Shown here piece by piece: positions 12,533 to 27,500 of a stretch of DNA of 64,000 nucleotides. Position 1 is the stretch's first letter. Each line of letters begins with the position of its first letter. Origin of the DNA: Marsupella aquatica. Its lineage: Eukaryota; Plantae; Marchantiophyta. Under the pieces are notes generated by a model that saw only the letters and a list, made by a program, of their open reading frames with translations, did no database searches and was not told where the DNA came from. The stretch covers positions 11,484,830-11,548,829 of the forward strand of contig OZ316896.1 in assembly GCA_973895155.1 (NCBI GenBank), written 5' to 3'. Made by a program: the position numbers and the translations under genes.

Positions 12533-15500
12533 ATGTTGACTCGATATTTGTATCTGTTTTGCTATTGCTAGGTTCCGGGTGAAATTCATTCTATGAGAGC
12601 ATATAGCATTGGGGATTCATACCCAAATTTATTGGGAGATAGGTTTCGGCAGCCCTGAAGCGGTTGTGTAAGTGTAAAATGAAGTTCATCCTTTCTTGGA
12701 ATATAGTCGGAAATGGTGAAGCCGTGACTATGACTTGGTCCGACTCATTTTTAGGCAGTATGTGACTTTCAGAACAGGAAAATGTCGATGAGAGTGCCTC
12801 TATAAAAGCATAATTTTGGAAATCTACTACCTAGGTTTGCTATCAACCCTCAACAGATTTACTGCCATGAACTCGGAGCTTTCCTGGACAGACCGCCAAA
12901 CGAAACTCAGAGGTTCCATTAATTCAATCGTTTCGTAAAACACTCATTGGAGGCCGTTGGGCTTGTTAAGGGCTGTCCAAAAATCATAGCTCCAACAATC
13001 CTGTAAGCTGGGCCCTGGGTGGTGGTGATGGCTCCAAAACAGGGGTGAAGGGAGGGGTATTTTTAATTTTAGTTTTTTTGTTGTTTCGGGGGTGGGGGTG
13101 GTGGTAAGGATTTTGAGTGCCCTGGCTATCAAAACGCCTCCTGGACGAAAGATGGAGACCCCTGTGTTATTCTCATGGGCGCCAACTCTGTCCCTAAGGA
13201 ATATGATTCAGCAGTCGTGCAAAAGCGTGACTGTCTACCAAGACACCAGAGGCCTTGAGCCAATCACTTTTGGTTGCAGGAATGTACCCCCTCCCCCCAC
13301 CTCCCCGTGGTCCATCCGGGATCTCTACTTAACCTTTAGATGCAACTTTAGATGGGATCCCAAAATTGCTCTATGTGAGACTCTTTATTCTAACTTCATG
13401 TTTTTGTAGTTAAACCATTCATTTTTGTAGATCTCATGCAAACTTAGGGGGCTTTACAGAAATCCAGCCTAGTGGAGATAACACTTTTTCCTCACCTTTC
13501 CAGAGAGAAACAACTGATTACCAAATCAAGAATTAGAAAAGAGAATCAAGAGCTAAAAGTATTCTTGAGCAAAGTGAGGGTAGATCATAGACAACAGTGT
13601 CGTCTGTCTGATTGTCATTATGCAGGAGAAACAAAGGGTGACAAAGAAAAGGGCTGGGCAAAAACTGTCCAAATGAAAATAGACATTTTGTATCAAAACA
13701 ACAAACAAGGGTACACTTTTCAACCAGCCTTGCTGCTATTAACATTGGTAGTGAGTGTCACAACCCAAGTCAGAAATATTTCTAATCAATGTGGAGTAAT
13801 GTAGTCCCTATTGATTTCCTAGAGTACCTCAAGAAGTGGTCCATCCTGAAGGCCAACTAGGATCCTTAATCTCCAAAACATGTTGTTGTACAAAAAAGGA
13901 CTACTGCGATTACATGTAAAACCTCCCTTAGAAAATTAAATTGGATACTAATGATACAACAAAATAGAATGACTTGGTCATGTAACGCTTCCTTTTGAAA
14001 CTCTATCTCATGAAAAGCTTGGGAAAGAGATTGCACTGGAGCTTACATCTCCCAAGGTCAAAAGCAGTCCATGCAAGCCTAAGCTTTATAGAAAGGAGTA
14101 CATGTTAGCCTAAGCTTTCATAAAGTGGAGGACATCATTAATCTGACAGTTCCCATCACCATTGGAGTAGCCTACCATGAGGGTAGAGGACGGCACTCAA
14201 ATAGGGAGGTGAGGGTGGAACCTGCTCTAAGGGCACAACCCTCCCCTAGCACACCAGTAGTGGGCGTGTGAGAATCCAGTTTGAGGGCAATGGACACTTT
14301 TGGATTATAGCATGCTCATCTTGGAACATGCTTTATTTTTTGTCTTGTAGTGATCTGAAAATAAATAAAATGTGAGAGCATAGAAGTACTGTTATATAAG
14401 TAAAGTGTCTGCCAAGAAAAGCACAGTGACCAAGAAAAGGTACAATCAAAGGATGCTAAGATGTGTGCACTTAAGAGGCTTTGCATTCATGTTCTTCAGC
14501 ATCATTTCTCTCACTCGTGGTGGTGGAGCCTTTGGTTTCATCTCTAAGAAAACACCTACTGTGAAAGGGGGCTGCCAAAATAAATTCAAACACTCCAGAA
14601 TACCTAAAACTAAAGGGGTCTAAAAATTAATTAAAAATATATAGAATACAAAGGCTGCCCCTTGATAAAGCAGATTGAAATGAAAGTACATGACAAGAAA
14701 ATCTGAATAAGACAAAATCTGAAATGTGCATTCACCATATAGGAGCCATGGATTATTTTTTGTATTTACAAATATGCCAAATTGGTCTATAAAGACAACA
14801 AGTCCAACAAAGTAACCAAGGTGTAAAGCATACAAATACCGTGACATATTTATAATGCAATAAAAACAAGACCAGTTTTGTAAATTAACACATCTTTAAT
14901 GGCCGTTAAAAGCTGAAAGTATACGATAACTAAATGGTCCTCTTGTACTTTTACTGAGCGACTCTATCAATCAATTGAATATGAAATAAACGTCCTGATG
15001 ACTCTTCTTGACTTCTTGACTTCTTGACAGAGTCGCTAGAGCTTTTCGGACGGCGTCTTTCTGTCATGACTGTTTCCTCAGCTCACAATTCATGTTCTCA
15101 ATTCCGATCCAGGGATGGTGGTGCTGGTGGTGCTGGTGGTCCAGCCGGGGGAGGGCGGAACGGCAGAAAGAAACTGTTCGATGGCATCCCTCAACACACG
15201 CGATTCGCTCCCGGATGCGTCTTCTAAAGCTCCCCTTCTCTCCGTCCTTTCTTCATCTTTCCGGGAGCGGACCGTTCTTCATCGAAAGGAACGAAGAAAA
15301 AGGTGAGGGAAAGGATCTTTCCTGATTATACGAGATTGCCGAGATTTCTCATGCGTTTCACGGAGGATTTTAGTGATGTACTGTAGTTCTTCTTCTTAAA
15401 TTACGTGCTTCATGAGTTCTTTTGGAGTCCGCATTTTGCCCTATCTGGACCTCTTTTCGTGTTCTTTTTTTTTTTGCCTTGAAACCGAAAGCTGACCAAT

Positions 15501-17577
15501 CCAACAGAGGATAGACCATCAACTCCGGAGCATGCACCTCTGTAGGGTAGCCCACAAGGGGGGTCATACCCAGGACCAGGAGGGAGAGAGGGTTGGACCA
15601 GAGCCCAAAGCGGACCAGCCAGGGCTCGTGTTCTCTTTTTGTGTTTTCTTTGTTTGGCCTTTTTTCAGGTAAATTCTTTCGTTCCTCGCTTCTTTCATCA
15701 GTCTAGAGGAAAGAAAGAAAGGAGAGGATGACCAGGACACTGCAATTATCACGAATTGCGAACGAGAAATGGATCATGGGGAGAGAGGAACTGCGTGTGG
15801 ATTGCGCGGCAACAGTGTAATTGTTGTTGTAATTGTTGCCGAATGGCAGTAAGACTAAAAATGCAGCAGCAGCAGACAACGGATTGGCCTTGGGAGAGCC
15901 GCGGCCACTTTCCTTTCCTAGGAGTGTTGACATTGATTCATTTACCATCATCAATTCGAAGGGCTGTCATACGGAGCTGACTTTGGATCATTGAATGACC
16001 GCTGAATTCGGTGGTGGAGTAATGTAGCAACTAGTTTTTAGCATCAGATTTGGACAAGAGTTCCCAATCTTCTTTTGCAATTACTCGTACGTTTTTGTGC
16101 TAGACTTCGACCGGATTTCCATTCCTCGATAGATAGCAATTGCTTCTTACAATTATGCCACATCATGTGTTCTTCTTGTCCGGCGGGGTCGTCTGTTTTA
16201 GTATTGGACTTCGATCCGACTTCCCATTTTTCGATCTCATGCCCTCGGAGATGTGACATTGGCTCTCGGACGGAAGAAGGAGAAACTAATGCGGAGGGCG
16301 AGCTTGAGGACGACACGGTAGGGGTCGTTATGGGAAACTAGATAATCTTTTCTGCACTGGCCAGAGGCTCTGTGTGACGGAGAGAGCGTAAAGAGATTAA
16401 TCTTCTCCTCTCTGGGATTCTTAATCGGAAGGAGCGGGGCCGGTTTCTATCAAGCATGGAGTCGGATCCGTTGACTGCCGGCCAGGTGCTTCCTCTCTTC
16501 TTATCTCAGTGCATCTCATCCGGGATGCACATTGTCGGTCTGGTCTGGATGTTGGAAATTGTGGCCACAGTTCGCCTCGTTCGAACCCCTTAGCTTTTTC
16601 GGGGAGCGTAGGACCTTCTGTTGACGTGATCACTGCCAGAGTGGTGTCGGTGCCGTCCTTCTCTGTGGATTAAGCGTGTTATCCTACAAAATGGACTTGT
16701 GTACGGTAAAGTGTATTGTTCGAAAGGAAATGGCTATGAGCAAACCTTCGCGATTAGGTAGGCATGGTTATAGACATGGTAAAGGCAACATTTTTGTATC
16801 CGATTTCAGATGTGGCACATGAGATCCTGGTACTACGGACTCTGTCTCACCGGGCTTTCCCCTGATGAAGTCCGTTACATGATCAGGATCCTAGATCTCT
16901 ATCGTCCCCTGGAGCTACAGGTTTATGTACCAGTGGTTCTTCCGGCATTGTGAACTCTCAGTGACGAGCTTTCTCAAACAGATTCTGAGATCTTGGGTGC
17001 ACCGAGTAGTAGGACAGTTAACCGGAGCTGCTTATATTGCATATCATTGAAATTTCATTGAGTTCGATGCTATTTGTGGAGGGCGTCAATATCCTGTGAA
17101 AGTAAACTGCAAAGTGCAATTTACGTTACCTGCCCACTCTCTCATAGATTGGGACAGCATGATATGGATCTCTGGTGTAGGGGGATTAGCAGGTAAAATG
17201 AGGGTCTCAAGGATCTATTTCTGTACGCGCAATTCTGCTTGAAGTGGTGGTCAGTTTTGTTCTGAAAATCCCTTAGTTGTTTGAACTGTCAAAGTTGGGG
17301 GCAGAATCTTTGACTCCTCCACAACCACAACAAGTCTGATATCTCCAGCAGAATCTTTGACTATTGTCTCTGGGGAAAATAGTCAAGAGTCTTTACGGTC
17401 CTAATATCATAATATCACCGTTGCTTCTTAATCTCTTACAATGCAGTCACATTTGATATTCAGAGGGCCCTTTTCTCAATTTGACAGGTCCTCTGATTCA
17501 TTTCTCACCGAATTGAATATCCATGTTGGTCTTGTCTCCTTTTATCGATAATTTGTCATCCTTGGGTTGGTGCACAG

Positions 17578-20500
17578 GTGGCGTTTTTTCTTGGTGTAAC
17601 GCCAGTATTAACAGCATGGATTTACTCCGAGATTCTTCAAAGACGACACCCAATTCTCGTCAAACAGTAAGTAACACTATCGTCTTGATCCACTTCGGAA
17701 CTTTTTTGCCACCACTCTCCTTGTCTGACGCACGGGGCTTGTATAGTCTACTCAAATCAAATTGATCTCAGTGAGGATAAAACGACAGAGCTTTTGCTGG
17801 AAAATGAGGACAAGTGAACACCAGTGCGGAGACGTGCGCATCTGGGTGTTACGTGCAGTTATTGTCCAACATAATTATGATGTCATCGAAATTTCATCCT
17901 TTCCGTTGGGAAGAAGACCAAATGACTATTATGAGTTTAGGACCCTGTTCATTGGAGCAGATCAGACTTTCCGAGGCTTCACTAAATGGTAGAAAAATTA
18001 TCCACACTTTGGAATATGTCGCGCTGCATGATGTGCTGGAGGGCTGTTTGAAATCACTTTGAAATAGCACCGTAACATAGATTTTACCTTAGTCATCCAA
18101 GGTATCTACCTGCTTGCCATGAAGACGTGTTCATTCTCGTTGAACAATACACAAACGAAGCTATTTCATCCCTCTAGTCATCGACAGACTAGAAGTCCCT
18201 ACTATGCTTGCTAGCACACCTTGCACAGACAGCCGTACTCCTCGGCCAACGTCTTGAGACTGGGGTTTTATGATTGAAAGCAATCAGGGGCCTAACATGA
18301 GAACAGCTTCATCTGTTCGTGCTTATTAAAATTGTCACAAATGCACCTCTTATTCATTGATAGTTAACCTTGTCCATCTCAAATTCTATGGAAGACGTAC
18401 GTTTCAGACCGCTGCAAATAGTTATAGTTCAAGCACACAGCAGTTATGGGTTGCATCGATGTGCTGCACGCTGATTTGTATTGTTTTGGTGATAAAGTCG
18501 AATAATTTCCCAAGAACCCTATCAGATGATGTAACCCTGCACCCATTGCATGGCTTTCGAGCAGGATACCAATCTAAATTTTGAATGGTTTGAAACTGCA
18601 TTTTCTTGTCTGGGGATTATCTCGGAATTTGAACGTTCTGATCTCCTGACTGGACTTCTTCGAATCATTGTCATTCTCAAGCGTGCCTTCTGAATTCCAG
18701 GCATTCAGGTGGAGGCGCCGAAGATAGGGAGATGGAAGTGCTGTTGGACACGGGCTTCGCAGGCAGTAAAACCGCTGTCCCTTCTGTGAAGACACAATTA
18801 TGGAAGTACGTCAACGCTTCCTCTTTGATGTCTTCGGTGCATTTCGCAGCATCATAGTGGAGAATAGAGGAGACCCAATTGGTTTTCATGAGGGCCCCAA
18901 TAGCTACTTTTGCTTGTTTATATCCATAAATTGAATAATATCTTACGTTGCTGAAATGTTTGTGAGTTTGCAGGTTTCTGACTATGAATGAGACATTCAT
19001 GATGGAAAATTGTGGCACTCTGAGAGCCATGTAAGTGCGCAGAACAAAGGTGTTATCCAGATTCTGTCATCAAGAATTTTCTTTGCAAGAATCTTTTGAT
19101 TGCGCCATGAAATTAAGCACTTGTTTCTGTGTAAATGCAGTGCGGAATGTGTTGGCATTCTTTTCTTCTTCTTCCTTTGTGATAGGACAAGTTTGCTGGG
19201 GGAGTCAAAGAAGGTAAAATGTTTTTCACATTTTTGATTACTATCTCCTCCGCGTTCCAAGACAATTTTGTGGAACTGGTCTACTCTGTTATATTGCTGT
19301 TTGGTAGGACCTATTAATACGAGTGAAAAGAAGGCTGGGCCATCATCTTGTCATGCATCGTTTGAACGTTTACAAAACTGGATTCATTATGCAGATTTTT
19401 TTCTAGGGTTGCATCTGACCAGTTCTAGACCTCCTTTCGGCCGAGTGTGGCGAGAACAGCAATCGGTCGCGTCTTGCTCTTCTAACCTACTCCTTCTGTC
19501 TGCAGTCGTACAGCCGGGATCTATTTGTGTTCCTCTACTTCTTACTTATTATAGCTTCAGCATTTACATCTTTAAAAAAGCATGCCAAGGAGTCGGCCCT
19601 TTCAGTTCCGTCCATTCTCTATCTGAATAGACATCAGACAGAAGAGTGGAGAGGGTGGATGCAGGTATATTCTGAAACATTATGGCAAAGATTTGGTATT
19701 TTCTTCGGACAAATTTCCACCCTGAACTTTCCATCGTTTAACCTTGAAGTGAAACTCTGAGTTGTGTGAGTTTATGACGCAGTTAGAGGTTTGAGATCTT
19801 GATGACACTGTAAATGGTCCCAACCCCTGCCTCAGGTGCTGTTCTTGATGTATCACTACTTCGATGCTCGTGAAATTTATAATTCCATTCGAGTATTTAT
19901 TGCTGCTTATGTCTGGATGACTGGATTCGGCAACTTTTCGTATTACTATGTCCGTAAAGATTTCAGCCTTGGTCGCTTTGCTCAGGTAAGTGAATTGCAC
20001 ACCCGGTCCTCCTTGGGTTCATCTCTTCAGAGCGTCATCCATATTTGCTTGAAGAGGCATCTGGCTCTCAATCTCTTCTAGAATTTCTTTCCTTTTTGGT
20101 ATATTTTTGCGACTTGCATCATGACATAGCTAGCTGGCTAGTTTGCTGCAGTGCAACCAGCTGACAGGACTTCCCAGGGATTTGAAATTTCTTTTTCTCT
20201 TGGACAGATGATGTGGCGATTAAATTTCTTCGTGTTCTTCGTTTGCGTATTGCTCAACAATGACTATGTCCTGTACTACATTTGCCCGATGCACACTTTC
20301 TTTACACTCCTGGTGTTTGGCGTGCTCGCAATTGGGCACAAGTACAATGAAGTTCCATCGGTCATGGCAATGAAATTTGGTGCAGCCTTTGCCATTATTG
20401 CTATCATGTTTGAGATTCCACGGGTGTTTGAATTTATTTGGACGCCATTTACCTTCTTGATAGGTAAGTCTCTATTTTGTAGATTGCTTTCTCAGTTGGC

Positions 20501-22617
20501 TTTGTCTACTGGTTATTCTCTAGATAGAGCTTCATATCAATAGACGTTATTATCTTTCTTTCTTTTTCTCTAGGGCTGGCTGATTGTTTCTATTGCAAAT
20601 AGTTTTAGAAACTTCTTGTGACTCTCATCTCTAAAGTATTCAGGCTTTCGAAGTACATTATTGCCGATTTATTTGTGTTGTCCATATATACTGCTGTCAT
20701 CACATTATCATTGCTCATCGTCGTCGCACAGGCTTTCAAGATCCAAATCGGGTGGACGATAAAACGTCTCGACTGCATGAATGGCATTTCCGATCAGGGC
20801 TTGATCGGTATATCTGGATAATTGGAATGGTGTATGCCTATTTTCACCCAACGGTATAGTTCTATTTCTTCGCTTAAAGCTTTAACTGCATCGTCATTAT
20901 GTGTACTTGACCTTTCCATGTAAAGCGTAGGTCCTAGAAAACCACACGTCGGGTAACAACAGTGTAGTTGATCAGTTCTGTTAAAAGTGTGATGTTTCTA
21001 TCGGCTGTGTGGCTTGTTTTTAAAGCATGATTGTAAAATGGCTTGTTATTTCCCTGTACTCGTCAGGTTGAGAGGTGGTTGGAAAAGGTGGACAAGCTGG
21101 AATACCGACTTCGACTTGCTGTTAAGGCTTGCATTTTAACCATCACATTGGCCGTAAGTGTATCTTGAAGTTCATAATTGCTGTGGCACTGCTGGAGTTG
21201 GATGACTGAGAAATTGTAGGTATTCTCTGTCGAAAAATGATTAATCTATTCTGGACAGTGTTTGAATCTTCTAGCCTCTGAAGTTCTGGGCACTGTCGAA
21301 ATGCAGGTTGGATATGTCTGGTATGAGCATGTGTACAAGTTGGACAAGTTCTCCTACAACCGGGTGCACCCATTTACTTCCTGGATACCAATCACGTAAG
21401 GGTTTACTGATTTCTGCCTCCACTGTCTACCGTTCAAGGCTTTCTGAAACGTATTTGGATTTATGTGTCTTCTACATTGTTATATGTACTGACGAAATGC
21501 CTTGGGGTCTGACAGAGTGTTTATCGTACTCCGAAACTTCAGTCAAACTCTTCGGAATTGGTCCGTCACCCTGTTTGCGTACGTACCGGCAGATCTTCCC
21601 CGTCTCAAGTACATAGCATATATATGTCAAGCCAGGTTTTGCTTTTAAAGGTGTTTTAGTTTCAGTCGTAGGGTTTGTGTGTTAGGTGTTTTTCAGCACA
21701 TGTACTTTGAGCCTGACCACGCTTTATCTTTTGTTTCTAGATGGCTCGGCAAGATTACCCTTGAAACTTACATCGCTCAATTTCACATTTGGCTCAGGTA
21801 TGTTCCTACCGTGATTGAGGTCTTCCTATCTCGTGTCTTGAGATCAGCTTGTAGTGCTGTCATCATTCGTTGGTCAGCTGAGTTAAAGAGTCGTATCTCA
21901 TCACTGTTCTTGTGGATCTTTATATTTCAGGACAGGGGTACCGAATGGAGCTCCTAAGATGCTGTTATCCATCATTCCAGATTATCCTCTACTTAATTTC
22001 ATGTTGACGACTGCAATATATGTGCTGGTACAGATGACCTACATTAACCAAACATATGTCTGACATTGACTCAACTTTTGACGGGATGGATTACCTGGCA
22101 TCGCTGCTCAGACTCAAGAATATTTCATTGCCAGTAGTCTATTGAGTTTGAGTACTAAAACGTTTTTCAGTATTGTAGGAAATTGCCTAGAGCTACTCGT
22201 GAAGCTGGGTCATGGTGAAAGTACACCATGTTCCAAAAGCGATTCTAACATTCCTAGCCCCTTGGTTGTTCTCTTTTGCAGATCTCTTATCGCCTTTTCA
22301 TTCTCACGAATACATTAAAATTAGTATTTGTACCCCACAATGACAATCAGCGACTGGGACATATATTCTTGTCAGGATTAATCGTTTGTGCATCACTCTT
22401 CGTGGTTTCCAACCTTTTTGTGATGGTGTCAAGGATTTTGGTGCGTCATCTTAGCTCCTTTGTCCATTTGTAATTCCTAAAGCATGTACAAAATAGCTAG
22501 CATCCGATTCGTTCACGGATTTTTCGTCGACCAATCATTTTTTTGAGTATTTTGAACACTGAAGGTAGGAACATCCTTCATCGTTTGGCCCTGTCTTTGC
22601 AGACTTTCCACACGTAG
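17578..22617 (+). CDS. RWA: REDUCED WALL ACETYLATION (CAS1-domain O-acetyltransferase), multi-exon; first exon upstream and uncertain (candidate 16879-16920)
   Basis: Exonic peptides [116 protein letters not shown]. Last exon 22603-22617 ends in TAG. Confidence 0.93.
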
Positions 22618-22899
22618 CGCGTCGAATCTGCAAGAATAGATTATCTCTACAAACGGCAATATGGAGCTCATGTTCTTAATGTCAAAGAACTACTTTATTT
22701 GGTTTTCAGCCAAATCACATCCATGGTAGATTGGATCTGAACTGTGATGATTCTGCATTGATGTCTCATGGTGCGCTCATGGTGCAACCATGGAGATTTG
22801 ACTTTAGGCAGAATGCATTCTTTAGACCTTATCTCCAACGAGAATCCTGGATAGGTGAAGGAAAGAGCAAAGCAAAGTCTTGATAGGGAAGGCCTGGGT

Positions 22900-23703
22900 A
22901 CCACGAGAGCCAGAAGGCTCTATTCAAATATTTGGAAGGGGATGCAGCTTCACTTTTACTCACAGGAATCGAATTCACCATGGCCGCAGATCTCGAGGAG
23001 ATAACTACAGAACTTCTATGGAAGGACATGCATCATGTTTTCATGGTTGCAAGGAGAAAATGAAATCATCGCTTGCGCTTTCGTTTGGAAGCCCTGTTAT
23101 TCAGTTGTTCTTTCCACACGGGTAACATGGACGTTGGGAGTTCTGATTCCAGTTCCTGCTACTAAGAGCAGGAAAAGAAGTACACTTTTCAAACACAAAT
23201 TGAAGTAAGAAGACTCCAAATTGGAGCAGAGAGGGAAGTAATCTGAATTGAAGCCAAAACATCCACCAGCTTAAACAACAGATTGGAAAGGAGGAGAGGT
23301 AGGGTTCAAGACTTAATAATGAGGGAAAGATCGGCTGGACATCTCGATACAATGAGCCCACTTTGACAGGATGCACGGTGAGTTGCTGAAGACATCAAAA
23401 CTGATGTGTTCCAGAGAAGACTGGAAGTAGAACTTTGCCAGTCTATCTCAAGGAAGCACATATTTCCTGGTCCGGTGGATGACGGACCGCAAGTTGGTAT
23501 TCTGACATAACTGAAGAAAGTAGTTGAAAGGATGAAAGAAAAGGTCTCTGGAAATACCAAAGGGAACCCAAGTTGGATTACAATAATGATATTTGGCAGG
23601 GAAACTCCAATTCTCTGGCATAGTGGTGATAAGAGCATCTTTTAGGAAGCAAAAGGCATTTCAACGAATTTGTCAAAGAGGGGAGAAAAGCTCTTGTTCA
23701 TAT
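22900..23703 (+). pseudogene. Possible decayed coding sequence of unknown origin (TE or gene)
   Basis: From ~23225 one frame reads as a plausible charged protein interrupted by TGA/TAA/TAG stops, consistent with C-to-T decay of CGA/CAA/CAG. No family recognised. Confidence 0.25.
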
Positions 23704-23972
23704 AGAATAGAATGCATGTATATGACAGCGAAGACCAGATATGGTGAAGATAGTTATCCACAAAGCTAGTGCTCTCGTGACTGATTCAACGGGCATCTAC
23801 TTATATGATTTAGCCCAATTGATACTCAGCTGGGGGAGCTGTTACCTGACTACCTGAATGGTTGTAATTCATTTGGGACTCAAAGTTCCTCGTGTAGATT
23901 AACAAAGTCGAGGCGAGAAAGGAAAGAGGTGTTATTGTTATCTTGGGGAGGCTCCATCTGAAATGAGCACTG

Positions 23973-24185
23973 GAACAAGTTTGTGTGTGTGCCCAAAGCA
24001 TGGGGTCTAGCGTGGCTGTACTTCTAATCATTGACTCAGTCCAGATTAGTATGGATCTAGTGTCAGTTATTCTAATATGAAATGAGCAGATGAACAAGTT
24101 TGTGTGTATGCCCATAGTATGGTGTCTAGCATGGCTGTACTTCTAATCATTGACGCAGTCCAGATAAGTATGGATCTAGTGTAAT
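23973..24185. repeat. Two-copy ~90-bp direct repeat (period ~119)
   Basis: gaacaagtttgtgtgt..gccc...tctagc.tggctgtacttctaatcattgac.cagtccagat.agtatggatctagtgt occurs twice. Confidence 0.85.
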
Positions 24186-24429
24186 AGTAATTCTAGTCAT
24201 TTGATATCAATACATAGTACCACTTTATGACATTAGCCTAATTGCTCCTAATTGCTCATTCCTTGATCTTAAATAGAGGTGAGGACAAAAAGGACCTTGG
24301 AAGAAACAGATTCAATATTCAAATGGTTTCTAATGACTTGCCCCCGATTGCTTCTTTTTCCACCTGTACGTCACCTTGGTTTCCTATGACCAATCCCTCC
24401 CTTTTTTCCACTTGTACTGTCACCTTCAG

Positions 24430-24528
24430 TTATGCCCTAGAGTCGTGGTCTAGAGGCCTCACTCTAGACCACGACTCTAGGCATAATAGGCCATGGGAGC
24501 AGCTTTCAGTTGTAATTATATAGATAGA
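24430..24528 (-). mobile_element. Helitron-like 5' end with subterminal perfect hairpin
   Basis: Minus strand A|TCTATCTATATAAT begins at 24528. A 20-bp perfect stem CCTAGAGTCGTGGTCTAGAG-gcctca-CTCTAGACCACGACTCTAGG lies at 24436-24481. A related motif occurs in the opposite orientation at ~25213-25270. Confidence 0.55.
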
Positions 24529-27500
24529 TTTTTAAACGATTCTCAACTTTACACAAGTTTTGTAACTATTTAAATGTGCGTGGGCTTCCACTACGTCAGG
24601 GGTTCTTGCATTCATATGGAATCCAAGAACTGGTAAGGTGGTGGTCTTATAAGGTGGTCTGATATTTGAACAGGTCTTATAAAGTGGTCTTATATTTAAA
24701 CAATAATTACCATCTGTAAGGAGTTACCAAATCAATCATACTAAACTCCATCCTAATGACAGTTTACTCTACACTCTTGACCGTAATTTGTATCATAATT
24801 TTTTTCTCCCTGCCTAAATAGCCTTACACACTAGTAAGGGTGTGACTACAAATCAAAAATATATATATATAGTGCATTTCTTTCCTGGATGGATTGAGGC
24901 CCTTAGCCCAGACTGGGTGAACCAGATTTTCCTATGTTGTTGTCAATTGTATTGTTTTACACTGGTTCCTTGTCATGTTGTGCTGAGCAATATTATCTCA
25001 ACAAAAAGAACAATAAGCCGATCCTTCGAGATGTAGGTAAGGATTTTCCCAATAATGTAAATATGAAGGTGACAACCGGAGGACTCCCAACCCCTAAGCA
25101 AGCACTTGAGAACATGTGTGAAAACAAGGAAGAAAGTAGGGAAGAGAACGAGGAGATCCCTAGGGTCCAGTACATTTAAAAAAAAAGTGACCGAAGCTAG
25201 GATAAGGGCTCAGGGTCTAGAGTGCAACCTCTGTAGACTATGACTTTTAGGGCAAAGACTGTTGAGGGTGAAACTGGAACTGGGCATGATGGTACTATTT
25301 GTGAGCAAGGCCTAGCATTCAAGCAAGTCAGCATGAATATTCATGTCTAAATGAGTATCTCGAGTCCCTTTTTCCCAATCTCCAATGCATCCCATGGAGA
25401 GCCCCATGGATGCCCATGATTGAATAGCCACTAATATCTGCAGCCACTTCTCTCCCAACCAAATAAACAAAGGAAATAGCCACAACTGCTCCAATCAGGG
25501 ACTCTAGCCTTCTCCCTCCCTAGATGACAGCTTCCCCATATATAACTTTTTCCAAAATGATGTGCTGTACACGAGCATTTCCACCAAACAGTCTTATCAG
25601 ATATGGTCTCCCAAAGTTACCGCCTGAACTTTCCTGCTTATTTTATTGATGGGTACTTTTCAAGAATAATTTTCGTTAGTAGGAGAGATTCGATTTGGGA
25701 TCAAATAAAAATGATAAACCATGCATAAATTCTTGAAAGTTTGGTAGAGGACCACAAGTCAGACTTTTCTGTTTCTGAGGGAATCTTCCAGGAGCAAGTT
25801 GCACAGCTACGCAAATGTAAAATAACTCTAGTTTCATTATTTATGATTTAATTTTATCTGGATACCAGTTGGTTTATGGCATCTGACAATTGTTTCAGTC
25901 ACAGGATGTGATCATTTTTGTATTCCCAGGGAACTTTCATTGCAAGAGAAACAAAGTAAAGCCGAGCAGAGAATGAAAACATCTACTCCAACACTGAAAA
26001 CTGTACAAATATGTATCTGAATATGTATCTGAAAAGATATGGCACACCGCCAAATAACATAAAGTGTCAAGGGGGAGATAATATCTCAAAGAGAGGATAC
26101 CCAACAAAGGAGAGAAAACAAAGGAAAACCTCAAGGAAACCAATGAGCCAAAAACAAAGTCCCACGTAATTGGGAAGTAACTAAGCCCATTCTCTGCAGT
26201 AAAATGCAAAGCCCAGCAAAGCTCAAAACCTAGCCGCGTAAGAGTTTAATGAAGCGGAATTCATGTATAAGCCCTAAAACCAAAAGCCTCCATCCTCAGC
26301 ATAATAGTGTGTGAATGCTCTGTAGTGCAACAGCCACTCACTCTCTAAAAAAGGCATGGGATGAATCTGGTATGATGCGGTAAGTGTACATTTGAAATTC
26401 TTTTTTATTTTTCTCTCTGTAATTTTCAGGGCCTTTTTAAAAAAGAATACACAATTAAGATTTGATGAACTCATTATAAATTTTCTCATATACTTCCATA
26501 GTATATTAAAAAATATTAAAAAGAAAATGCTTAGCATTATGGATACTAACAGGTTACATTATACACAAAATGCCCTCTAACAGGACTTCACTACACACAA
26601 AACAGCCCCCACGACTTGTGGGGTCTTACTGTGTCCTACTTTCACCGAACCTACACTAGCATTTGTGGCATTTGTGAGTCAAGTGGGAAATCTCCGTAAA
26701 TCGTGCACAAGCAAATGGGCAAGTTGACGTTATAGGAAAGTTATAAATCTAGACCGTCCGATGCACCCAACGGCCAGCGTTCACGGCCGAGATCATCCGA
26801 GAAACCACCCCGTTTTCTCGTCTAGCCCAGTAGGTACAGAGTACAAAAAGTACGGGTCGGCAGAAGACTTCGCACCAAAGTCTTCGCGGTCACATGCAGA
26901 ATGTCGACCGTTCGATACGTTCCCAAATCGAATCTTGTCCCTATCGTCAATGAGCGGACCATAGCGAAGCCGTGCGCACGGTTCAACGAAACTGCGCGGT
27001 TCCGTTTTTTTGTCTCACAGTGCAGTCGTGTGTCTATAAGTGGCCGCTCGATAAATGCAAACCCTGGAGTCCCGTTTTTTCCCTTTTCTCCCCCTTTTTT
27101 GGGACCATTTTTAAATTTTTTCTGCACTTTCCGTGAGTGCAAAGACTGCTCCGCTACCCCACAAATACATAAGTGAAAACCCTCTATAAGAGTGCGTGCC
27201 CACTTGTGGATATTGCACCATTGCTTTGACTTACTTAGAGTAAACTATGCACTTCCGAGGGAGGGGATCCCATTATACAGGGAAATCCAATATAGGAGAG
27301 AAGTCACAAGAAAGCCAAGTAACAAAGGGCCCTTGTATGTCCAAGCACTCAAAGCGTCCCTACCCATCTCAAAGAATGCCCCGGCCAATAGCAACTTTAG
27401 CGAGAGCTGCTCACTAAAGCTCTTTGCCTCAACAAGACCTGGACCCTTGAAAATTTAAACCCGGACTCCATGCCTGCTAGAGGGCCAAACCAGGCCGACT

